The notes under the pieces were generated by a model. The model had not been told where the DNA came from, did not search any database, and saw only the letters and a list, made by a program, of their open reading frames with translations. Position numbers and translations under genes: made by a program. From Thalia democratica (lineage: Eukaryota), in assembly GCA_965202585.1 (NCBI GenBank), contig OZ241830.1, positions 58,218,001 to 58,282,000 of the forward strand: a DNA stretch of 64,000 nt, read 5' to 3'. Within the stretch, counting starts at the first letter, position 1, and the number at the start of each line of letters is the position of its first letter. Shown one piece after another: positions 14,401 to 25,603 of the stretch.

Positions 14401-16037
14401 TTACTATCAAACTGCTTGTAGAATAATGAACATATCAATGTTAATATTATATCAAAGTTTTGTTAATTGAATTATTTTATTAGAACTTTACTTCCTTAAA
14501 TTTTTGATTATTTTAGTATTTAGTTTAGTTCTTCAATAATTTATTGGCTATTATTTATTAGTTCGTTAATAGTAAAAAGCTATATACATATTCTAAAATA
14601 TAAAAACTATTTATTAAAACAACATTATAATTTTCAATTTTTTTTATATAAAAAAGGCATAATAAAATAAGAGTTAATTGTTTCAATATTTAAAATAAAG
14701 TAGAAAAATAAAACAAACCGAACATCAGGGCAGGAAAAAGCAGTGACGAAGAGCAAGTACAACGAGGATGTGAGGATAAACAACCACACCTGCTGCTGGG
14801 GAAGCTTCTGGAAGGAGGGGTTGTGGGGGTACAAGTGCTGCCAGTCCACCATTAAGATGTCCTACTGCGTCGGATTGAAGAACAAGGAGGAAGACAAGAC
14901 GGAAGAAAAAGAGGAGAACAAAGAGGCGACGTGGCAGCAGAAGGTCGGTTTGAACGAAGTTTCAGATAAGAACGTTGTTGATCGTGTTTATATTGACGAT
15001 GTGGAAAAGTCGCTCGTGGAGCAGCACAGGGAGAAGATGAGCAAGAAGGAGAAGAAGAAACACAAAAAGAGCAAAAAGAAGAAGAGCAAGAAAAGCAAGA
15101 AGAAGAAGAGGAAAAGGGAGAGTTCAAGCAGCGATTCATCTGAGTGGGTTTTAAACTAATATTTTGAAAAAAAAAATGTTTAAAAGTTTAACTTAAAGCT
15201 GTATCATTTGTTTATTGTACTGATGAGCTCTTTAGAGCGAAACTTCTTTTGCATTGGAAAATAACATAAAAAAATTACATTATAAAAGTTAACTATTAAT
15301 ATAAATTGCAGCAGCAATTCAGACGAAGAGCCAGCCTCGAAAAAATTAAAGAAAAATAAAAACGTGAATTTGGATGATATGAGCAAGGAAGAGAGAGACG
15401 AGCTTGTTAACAGAATAATGAAGAGAGAAAAAGCGAGACAGTAAGTTTGTTTTATGATTTATTTGTTATTTAAAGGTTAACATGAATACATAAATAAAGT
15501 ATAATATACAATTCACTTTTTTTTTACCAATTGTTGTTTAAATATATTAATATTTTGTTTAATTAAAAGTATCAATATTTAAATAAAAATTACAATTATA
15601 CCATTTGTTGTGATCTAATAGTTTAACTAATTCTAATTATTTTTTTAGACAACCTGTTTTTAAATACTTAGAATTAGACAAGTTTAACATCATTATTTTT
15701 ACACTCAATGTGCAGTACAGTATGTTTCTTAAATAGATGAGAAAAAGTTAGATTTTTATTATAAATAACTTTGAAAAAACTAAACAAAGTTCAAAATTTT
15801 AACTTTTTAAAAACCACTGTCATAGTTTATTACAAAAAATTATAACTTCCACATTCAACCACTTTTATCCACACCAGGAGACGAGTTGATATGATGAGCT
15901 CATTGGACGAGAGGGATCGTCCGTACAATTCGAACAGGGGAGACGCGGAAGCCGCCATGGAACCCACTGAAGCGGAAATGGAGGCGTACCGAAAAATGCA
16001 GAAGAACAAAGACGACCCCATGTACGGGCTGTGTTGA
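5445..16037 (+). CDS. SLU7: Pre-mRNA splicing factor SLU7, 9 or 10 coding exons
   Basis: Exons: 5445-5629, 8636-8873, 11348-11581, 12632-12810, 13187-13392, 14211-14360, 14729-15143 (possible internal 66-nt intron 14944-15009), 15312-15440, 15878-16037. All junctions are GT-AG with matching phase. The translation has SLU7 hallmarks: [31 protein letters not shown], zinc knuckle [61 protein letters not shown] and C-terminal [15 protein letters not shown]. Confidence 0.97.
7198..7348 (-). repeat. Intronic repeat containing a decayed hammerhead; inverted partner of 9484-9637
   Basis: Reverse-complement homology to 9484-9637, with a partial third copy at 7596-7650. The minus strand reads GTGTGTTGA-TTCG-TTGACACAC-A-GAAA-CATAT-GTT. 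Confidence 0.8.
9484..9637 (+). repeat. Inverted partner of 7198-7348
   Basis: Direct reverse-complement alignment across about 150 bp. Confidence 0.8.
10003..10070 (+). ncRNA. Type I hammerhead ribozyme motif, near intact, SLU7 intron 2, sense strand
   Basis: Stem I is GACATTACT/AGTAATGTC with one extra A. Core CTGAAGA at 10012-18. Stem II is GACTTGG/TCAAGTC with an A.C mismatch at the core-closing pair. GAAA at 10049-52, 2-bp stem III with palindrome ACATGT, and GTC triplet (cleavage after 10060). Confidence 0.72.
10584..11163. mobile_element. Kolobok-like non-autonomous DNA transposon
   Basis: TIRs GGCCATAGGGGG/CCCCCTATGCCC flanked by TAAA and TTAA. The body is homologous to 4420-5059. 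Confidence 0.65.
12212..12578. mobile_element. Probable hAT-like MITE in SLU7 intron 3
   Basis: Repeated aaaaacctgga motifs, and an end caaccctg typical of CAGGGTTG termini. Confidence 0.45.
15211..15270 (+). ncRNA. Hammerhead core with decayed stem III in the 168-nt SLU7 intron 15144-15311
   Basis: CTGATGA-GCTC-TTTA-GAGC-GAAAC at 15220-15243 is a textbook core plus stem II. Upstream TTTATTGTA partly pairs with TAACATAAA. The NUH triplet is lost. Confidence 0.55.
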
Positions 16038-19000
16038 AAAAAATCAACATTTTTAACTTTTTATTGATTGCTTTACTTTTTTTGTCTACTTAAGGGTAGT
16101 TTTTTAATCATTGACAAAGCGTTAACTATAAATAAACTTTCAAAAGTTGTGTCTAGTTAGTATATTTATTTGTGTTGTATTTTGAACATTTTTTAGGAAT
16201 ACTATTTTTCCATAATTAATATTGTTTTACATTATAGTGGTTTTTAATTTTTCAAGGACTTATACAAGTTTTATTTTATGTTTTGGAAATTTTATCTAAA
16301 CAACTTAACAATTTTTTATTTAAAATAAATATTCCATAAAGCTTGTGTAAGGTTAATATTCGTTTAGGCTAATTTTATATGAGTTTATTGATATTAAACT
16401 AACGTTTTCTTGATACTTTTTTGTTCTTTATACAATTAAACTAGTTTAGGTTATATAGTGTTAAAGTAAAATTTTTAGTTAAACTTTCCACCCTGTGACA
16501 AACAACATTCGTGTAATTGTGTTTATAATGATATTTAATTGTGTACAATGTTTTAGCTAATAGAATTATTAAGTTTACAAAGGTGATCATAGTAAGCCTT
16601 TTTAGCATAAATGTCACAGCGGTAATAAAATGATGATAATTAAGCGTTTTCACTACACCCAGTGTTGTATGTTTTTGATAATAGTTTTCATGTTGGTAAT
16701 ATTTTTTCACTAGTAGTTATAAAATAAAGTAGTTGATTATTAAACGAAAATCTTGAAAGTAACATTGAAAACGAATTTACTTGTTAAATCAAAACAGCTT
16801 GCTTCCAATTTCTTGATTTAAAACTATAAATATTTGGTACACTAACGTCGTATTTTTGTATCTTAGGACATCAACTAAAAGTATGTTTTTTTTTAAGTTA
16901 TACACTATTTTCAGGTAATCGTTTACCTTTATTGAAGAATTAAAAACTGCTTCAACTTTTTAAAACTTCATACAAACCACTCATGGTACAACATTTTTTT
17001 TAGAACTTTAAAAAATTAGTATATAGCTAGGTCAGTGGTTATGAAAAAACAACTATGCTCAACGCATTATTTTATAAAAATAAAGTACAGATCTTCAGCA
17101 CTTAACATTTTCTTTTTACATTAAGCATTTTCTCATGGAAAAATGATAATGTTAAATATATTTTTTTCAAATTAAAAACATATAAAAGCTTTTTTTTTGT
17201 GTAGTAAGTTTTCTTAAAAAAAAAAACTTTAATTTAATTTAAATAAAAAGTATTAGACTGTTTTAAGTCTCGCTATTTAGGCTTATGCATTTTAAAGGTT
17301 TTTGAATTGGTAAGAACACATTTATTAGAAGTTTTATAACATAGAAACTATAAACTGATTTTAAACTTCTTCAATCTAAAACAGAGGACGACAAACTGTT
17401 GCGAAAATGTTCTATTTTACATGAAATGCGGCCTGCTAGCATGCTAAACAAAAAAATTCAACCAATTAATAATAAATATAGTTAATATAATTTTAAGTTT
17501 GTAGTTAAGTTAATTAAAGTATTTGGATGTCATTTAGATTGTTTACACAATTTTAATGCTTATGTTTAAAAAAAAGTTTTGGTTTTGTATTTCTTCTAAG
17601 TTGCGAACTTTACATCTTACGCACACTTGGATTATATCTTGATGTTGCCTTAACTTAAAAATAAATGAATTTAGTTCTTATTGAAATCATTTAAGGTGGA
17701 GGTAAAACTTTTTTTTTACAAAATGATTGCGTTGTTTTCCTTGACTTAGTTAGCAGTTGTTTTCTACCGGTCTTTATTTTTTTTTAAATATAAGGGTAAA
17801 AATTCGCAGAGTTTAATAGATTTATGAAAGATACAAATAAAAATAGTAAAAAAAAATTGTTAAAAACTTATCTTCTAAAGCTTTAAAACAATTGTTCATA
17901 TTAAACAACAGTATGGTATAATTTTTAAAAAATTTGACTTATACAGTAAATTTTTCTAAAAGGAGATAAAATACAGATATTTTAAATCTTTCAAATCGTT
18001 ACTATACAATTTTTTTAATAATACAATAAAACTTTGAGAGGTAAGGTTTTAAAAATGAAGTTAAAACGAATGTAAACAAAAATAAAGTTTAAATTTTTTT
18101 TTAAGTATTAATCGATTTAAAAAATTGCTAGGTTTTTAGTCGATCATTAACGTAAGTTAAGATAAATTGGGTGAAAAATCAATAATTAAAAAAAAACATA
18201 AAAACACTTTTTTTCTTCTATAAACTTTATTGACTTAAAAAACTATTTGTCAAGAAAATTTAAGTTGGAAAGTTTTTATGAAAATATCTACGATTGATTC
18301 GGTTACCTACATACTTGTAACTAGTTAGGGAACCTCAAGTGATTTAGTTATTAATATAAATTAACATATCAACAATTTTGGTTTAATCACAAATAAATTT
18401 TTTCAGTACAAACACCTTTATTTTTCTAAACACAGCTATATTTATGAGTTTTTCTACTTTTTGCAGATAAGTTAAGACTTCTAGCAAAAGTTTAATGTTA
18501 TTGCAATATGTTTTAAATATATTTTGAAATGATTATGGTAAACTTCTGTAAACTATTTATTATATTTAAAATATCATTTAGTTAACATATTAATTATATA
18601 GAGATCTTAAAATATTTTTAATATTTCTCAAAATTAATACAAAACTTTGTATAAAAAAATAACGTGAAGTACAAAGCAAACTAAAAAAGCTCTTATGTTG
18701 TATCAATTTAATAGTTTATCAAAAATTTAAGTGCTAAATTCTTAGGTAATACTTTTTAAAATTAGGCATAACAAATTGAAGAGACATAAAAGTATGGAAT
18801 ATCTTTCAAATAATAAGTTTATGTATACTTCAATATGGAAGTTTCGAAATTAGTTCGCTAAAGAACTTTTACCCGAAGCTCGTTTTGCCTTCTAGTGTTT
18901 AGCTACTGTATATAACTAATGTTTGTGTTTTATACGTCGGTACGTCAAAAACCAGCTTACATGATGTTCCCCCGGCTTTATGGTGCATGCAAATGTAAAA

Positions 19001-19780
19001 AAAAATACTTATAGATGTTTATATTTTAGCAGGAAATAAAGTATTTAAAATGTAAGCTGAGATAACTGTTTTAAGCAAACTTATGTTAAAAAATCTTTTT
19101 TTTTTTTGAGGATTTCAAAGAAAAAATTCTTCTTTTTATGTTTGCAAATGTTGTTTTCTTTCTATTATTACAGTTAAGACTTAGACAAGTATTTAAAAAG
19201 AAAATTAAATGGAAAGAAATTTGTTGTTGTTAATATCATTGTTGTTAAAATTATTATTGTTTTTTTTTTATTAAAAGTATGAGTTTTACAGTACTTAGCT
19301 TCATATTTTCATTTATAAAAGTTAAGTTCAGTTATTGTAAAAATCACTTCTTTAAAACTCGTAAAAAGTTTTACAATAGTTTATTTAACTATTCAAATAT
19401 AATTTTTATTTATTTTTCAAGTTAAACTAATAAATAAAATAAAAATTACCTATTTAGCACAAAGTACTTTAAAAAAAAATTCGTAAAATCTTTCAGCGTA
19501 TAACATTTTACTTTCTTTAAAGAGGGTGTAACCTATAACACGTTTGCTATTAGTGTTGTTTATCTCCTTTTAAAATTTTATTTAAAGTTATATATACATT
19601 TTTTTTTCTTATGTTATTAAACAAAATTCATAGTACATTATTAAACACAAAATTCAGTTAATTTTCGTTCAGTTTTATTTTCTTTCATTTTTTAACTGAT
19701 TGTTTTATTAATAAAGATTTAAATATTTAAATGATAAGAAAAACAGTGTGTAATAGTTCGTAAGAAACTTTATAAGCATG

Positions 19781-19853
19781 TGGTGTACGACTCGATAACC
19801 GAAAGGTTCCTTTGTACACCAGGTCCTTAGATCAAACTTTTTGAGCGATTTTT
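19781..19853 (+). repeat. Dispersed short hairpin repeat, copy 1 of 4
   Basis: TGGTGTACGACTCGATAACCGAAAGGTTCC..GTACACCAGGTCC..TTTTGAGCG. Other copies at 36995-37080 (-), 43353-43438 (-) and 57769-57847 (+). Confidence 0.8.
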
Positions 19854-21417
19854 ATAGTATTTAAATGTACAAAGTTTATTGTAAAACTTTTTTTTTGAAT
19901 TTAAATTACGTATACTTTGCAAAAATGCTTTTAAAACTCAAACACAAGCCTACTTTTATCTTTTTTTACTATTTAATTCTAAATCTGTATTACTTGTTTG
20001 AAGTTTTGATACAGCTGTATAGAGCTTCACAACCTCTAAGCAATTGAGTTATAGATACAACTGTTAACTTAAAAAATATTTATCCCTACCTGCAAATGAT
20101 TGCAAAGCTGTATATAACACTACACAAATTTTCAAAACAAGCTGAAATAAAAAAAGATAATTGATACCAGTGGCGACTCGTAGTATTTTTGTTAGGGGCT
20201 GCAGGAAGTTTACAAGTATTTAAAATAACTATTAATTTAATTATTTTTAATTAATCTAATTGTTGTGCACTACAGCGGTTATTGGTCAAATTGTATATGA
20301 AATCAAATATTTAAAACAAACATATTGAAGTTTATTTATTTAACGAAAATAACAAACAGTGCAATTTAACTTTGTATTCCCCATGATTAAAGTATATGAA
20401 TAAAAAGTACTTGAAAAGTCATACAAACTTATATAATCTATAACAATGAACATTGCAATAAGCATTTAGCCTAAGTGACCTTTGATTGTGGTAAGTATGA
20501 TAAACACATATAATCAAAATAAGTAAAAATTAATCTTGTAAAATTAATAACATTGTTAAGCAATATTTCTTAAATCCACGACTGCCAATGTTTACTATGG
20601 AAACCACAATCTACTAAAAACATCACACTATTTCCTCCTTAACTGTTGTGTTTTCTACTAAGACAACCAGTTAAATGCAAAAATTGCTTAATAATAAGTA
20701 AGCAGGAGTAAAATTTTATATTCTAAACTATGTTTTTCATTGAAAACAATTTAATAAAAGCATTATCAATGTTTTCGAAGTAATTTTTTATTTAGTAATC
20801 ATTCATTTACAATGTATACTTTAAAAGTATAAGGAAAAACAAGATAGATAAAAAACTTTGTGGGTTAAATATAGATACAACTTAAAAAATACAAAATAAA
20901 CAGATACTAACACATAAATACTTATGTTAAATAAATACTTAAGACTTCTGGCAACAAATACGTTTTGTTTTACTATTATGTTGTGGGGGATTACGCTTTA
21001 ATAGTCGTCATCTGTAAATTTTAATGGCTTTAAACATGTTTGTACACTTAAAGTATATAATAAAAGACCAAAAATTTCTAGGTGCGCACTACCGGTTGGG
21101 TACATAGACTTGTGCTGAGTTCAAATTGCGTACCTAGGTGTCAGGCTACTGTACTTTTTAAGAAGCTGGCTTGTATTTATGTCGTACATATTAAAAACTT
21201 GTTCAGTTGTTCTTTTGAAATTCTAATGAACTATTTAGTTTTTAAAAGTAGTGAAATATATGTGAGAGTTGAACCGAACAATATTTAATTCGTATAATTA
21301 TTTATCTGCTGTAATAATCTAGTTTTATCAAAACACTCTTTGCTTTAGAAATTTTAAAATAAATAAAGCTCAAAAGTAAACCAATATTACATAAATTGCA
21401 TAAAAACACCCTAATAA

Positions 21418-21534
21418 CTTAATTTTACTTTTTCATTTAATGCAAACACTTCAAACAGGGGCCAAAAAAAAATTGGAGGAGGAACCATAAAATCTGCTGG
21501 TGGAAAAGTACGGAGAAGTGGAGTGTTTGGAGGC
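21418..21534 (+). pseudogene. Orphan duplicated fragment of the SLU7 intron 5/exon 6 junction
   Basis: Aligns to 14169-14286, covering the intron end (aattttactttttca..tgcaaa.acttcaaacag) plus about 76 nt of exon. There is an in-frame TAA in [25 protein letters not shown]. Confidence 0.85.
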
Positions 21535-23411
21535 GTTATCATAAAGTTTAAACAACGATTTTTGAAATTAGAAGTAAAAGCAGCATAAAGTAAAACTTTT
21601 TGTTACTTTATAAAAGACGCCTAAAGCGAAATTTGTCAAGATTTTAAAAATATACTTGTGGAGTTTAACTAACAATTTAACTTTAACTTTTATTTTTGTA
21701 ACGTTTTTTATTTATTTTATTTATTCTGTTTTTATGACAAATAATAAATTGTTGTTTTCTAAAAAATAGTTAATAAAGCATATAGTTTTAAACTTAAACA
21801 AATACTTTTTTTTCATAAAACAACAAAATGCTTATCTTGTAAGTTCTAGATGTAACTTTTGTTTTGACTTAACAACTTTTAGTTTAAGTTTTTAACATCT
21901 TTCGTTTAAAAATATACGTTTTTTATTGATCTTTGTAGTAATACAATTTAAATACTCTAAAAACTATCAGTTTGTGGATTTAAAAAATTCTAATAACTCT
22001 AAGTTTAGTAAAGTAATTTATTGATTTGAAGTGTACTTTTTTCTAATTAATCCACAAATGTTGTAAAGGAAAACATTTTTTATTATCTTTAGATATTAAT
22101 TAGTTTTATACGTGCATAAGCAATTATGTACATAAATTTCTTCGAATGAACAAAGTAGAATAAATTAATACTATAAGCTTCATTGTGTGAAAACAATAGT
22201 TTTGTATTTAAAACTGTTGCACATTTATTACACAAAAGCCAACTGAGTTATAACATATATAACTTAATAAACTTAAATAAAAGTTTTAAAGTAGTTTGTA
22301 GAAAATAAATGTTTTGTTTACTTTTTTCAAAAAGACTTATTATTTTAAGCTGCTTTAAAAATTTTCAATTATATTTTATAACGTTTAAAAAAAATATATA
22401 TTTGTAGTAAATTAGTTATTTAGAAACTTAATAATTTAATATACTTAAAGATTAAGTAATTACTTTTGGATAATTCCGGATACTTATCAGTTGTAATAAA
22501 ATTTTGTAGTCCTTTGAGGTTAAATATAAAATAGGATTATTGTACATTTTAGTTACACTTAAAGAACATTTATGTACGAACAACTTAAATTCTAAATGGC
22601 AACAATTTTAATTTTTAGTAATTTTTTAATAGCAAGCAAGCGATTATTCAAATTTTAGTATCAAAAAAACTTTAAATACTGCTTTAAAAGTTGATATTAG
22701 TAAGGATTAGTTATAATGTTAGTCACATTGAAAAAATCAAAAACAATTAATGCTTTCATTACACCAACGCATGTTTGTAGCTTTACTTTATTTGCTGTTA
22801 AAGTGTTTCTAATTCTTTTTAAACAGAATGACAAGGTAAATTTAACTTAGAGTAGAAAAATTATAGAGCTAACAGCAAGTGCTGAAAATATTTTATTACT
22901 GCTGTAAAGGTAAAGGTAACTGTAAAGGTAACTTAGTAAAGTTTAAAAATAACTGCTTAAAAAACTAATACAAGTAATAAATTACATTGAGATAAGTCAG
23001 TAAAATGCAATTAAATATTATTGTTATCATGCTTGCTTATTTTTGTTAAAGATATTTTTAAAATTAGCAATTAAAATAAAGCTGTGAAAACTTAAAGTAG
23101 CATAAAATTTTTATATGATTTTACTAGTATCTAAGTTATTAAAAATAAATAATAAACTTAATCTAGTATGTCTTGGTCTTATCATTAAGTAATTTTTTTA
23201 GCATTTTATTGAACAATATAGTATAGAAGTACTTTAGTTACAAAATTGTAATTTAAAAGTTGTTACAAACATAAATGAAGACTCTATGTACATCGCTGCC
23301 TTTTTTTTAACTTAGTTTGTCAAGATCAGGCACATATGCTAATATAGTAGAAACCTTTTAAAAAACTCACTTTTTACCAAAAAAATATCTATGTAGGCTT
23401 CTAACAGAAAA

Positions 23412-23984
23412 ATGAAGTTACTTTTTTTTGCAAACGTACTTATAATGATGATTCGTTACAGCAACTCGCTAGAATGTTACAAAGATGTTGTTTATTCTAA
23501 AAATAGCTGGATTTACAGTAAGGGATTCAGCCAAATTAAACCGCTTGCTCGTTATAAACCTATGTCGACAGAAGAAAGTTGTATTGTTGTTAAAGCGAGT
23601 TTTAAACTAGTTAAATGCACATGGTTTATTTTAAACTGCAATTTTGTTTACTTTTTGTTTTATATTTTTCGCTATCTCTTTTAGTTTACTGTATTGAATG
23701 TTTTTAAACTATATGAAATAAAAAACGCATTGGAATAATTTGGTCTTGAAAATATGTAACGGTCAATAAAATACTAAAGACTAAACTAATACAACATTTA
23801 AAACTTGTATATTCTACGAATATTTCTTGTCACGTATACGAAGTTTAGTATTATAAGTAAAAATCAAAAAGAAAATATTATGTAGCTTTTTAACTCAAGT
23901 TAATTGGAGTTAACATCTTTTTTATAATTGTTATTTAGGCTTACAGGATCGAGTTTATTGGATTAATATTAATAAGACTTTTAA
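23412..23984 (+). CDS. Candidate secreted protein, possibly a diverged C-type-lectin-like gene; incomplete model
   Basis: The ATG follows an AG acceptor. A hydrophobic leader MKLLFFANVLIMMIRYSNS is followed by LECYKDVVYSKNSW..LA..STEESCIV. Tentative exons 23412-23598 and 23939-23984 add LQDRVYWININKTF. Downstream exons could not be resolved in phase. Confidence 0.33.
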
Positions 23985-25603
23985 GTTTACATATTTATTA
24001 GAATATAACTAAGCAGCTAAGTTAAAAAAAGTAATTACGTACATACTAGGTTAAAAAAACAGTTTTGTTTTGTTCGTAAAATTCGAGGAAAAAAAAAACT
24101 ATTTGGTTATACTCAAACATAATTTGTAAAAAAAAAAATAAATCTCTAACATTTTTAATTATAAGTAAACGAAACATGTTTGCTTTATTTATTTAAAAAT
24201 ATTTATTTTTCTGATAGTATAGAAAAACAGCAATGAAAAAATTGTTATAGTTGAACTTTATTTATTGTTTTTAATAAAGTAAAAAATATTATTTTGTAGT
24301 AAAATTTAAGCAATCAGTTTAATTCTAACAAATTCTTTGTTTAAATATGCAATACGTTATTGTTCCTAACATGTAAACATTTTATAAGTAAAGTTGTTAA
24401 CTTAAAAATCTATTCTAGTTAAAAAAAATCAGCACCATCATATTTATGTTTAGCTGTACAAACGTAATGTATTTTTTTATAAAAAACTGTATTTTCTACT
24501 TATTTTTCACTTAACTTTAATATAATACAATAATATATACGTTTTACAACATATTTTATCAGTGTTATTTACGTGGAATACTTTCTGTAAACATTAAAGT
24601 AGTGTTGAAGTTCCTAATTTTTAAGTTTGTGTTAGTTTGATATTGCTTTTATCTCTTTGTTTTCGGTTTATCTTATTTATATTTGTTTTTATATACTTTA
24701 TCATTATGTTTTAAAATATAGCTATTATTTCAAAAAAACGGAAAATTCAGATTATATATATTTTAACATTTGCTTTATTATTATTTTACTTTTATTAGCG
24801 ACCTTGCAAGAAAAAAAAAAGTATTCCTAACACTTGTAATATTTTCATATAATCAGACTGTTTAAACCTGTAAAATAACTTCCAATTTTTAAATTTCAAT
24901 TTATTTTTTAAAATGTTTAAAAGGTAAAATGAATTAAACACCTAAATAAGCAAAATTTAGCAAGGTTATTCTTTAGTTTGGTTTCAAGTTTAAATTAAAT
25001 TAGTGATTTATAAATCAACTTGTCCTAAAGTAGTTTATATGATTTTAACGTTGAAAACTGGCAAGTTTTATACAGTTGGTTTATCTATCTAATTTTATAG
25101 TTTATTATATAAAGAGAATTTTAACTAAAGCATAACATAAAGGTAATTGTATAGCAATAACACGAAAATTTAATTCTCGAATAAGTTCTAAAAAATGAAA
25201 AAAGGTAGTTTAAGCGTTCTTTAATTAAACAACTTGTAAGAAAAAATATAAAATTTACACAATAATCACAGTTGGATTGTATGTGAAACTAAAACTAATA
25301 AACAGTTAAGGCCTTTTGCTTCAAAGATTAAATACATGAGTTTTATTAAAACTGAAACATTTTTAAGCTACAATTACAAAAACCTCTGACACAAAAATGA
25401 CAAAAAAAAAATTTAATTAAATTTTTTTTTAATAAAATGACAACAGAACTATGTAGTACAGTGACAGTGGTATAACAATAAACATTTTGTAATAAAAAAA
25501 CAATATTACACACACTAAAAGCATCGCAATACATTAGTTTTTGAGATACGAAGATACCCATTTTTAATAATTTCATTGCAGCAAAAACTTTTACGATTAA
25601 GGA

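Noticed and set aside
24171-24190. GAAACATGTT, and GAAACTAGTT at 54137
   Set aside because: The palindromic stem III words have no upstream core or stem II.
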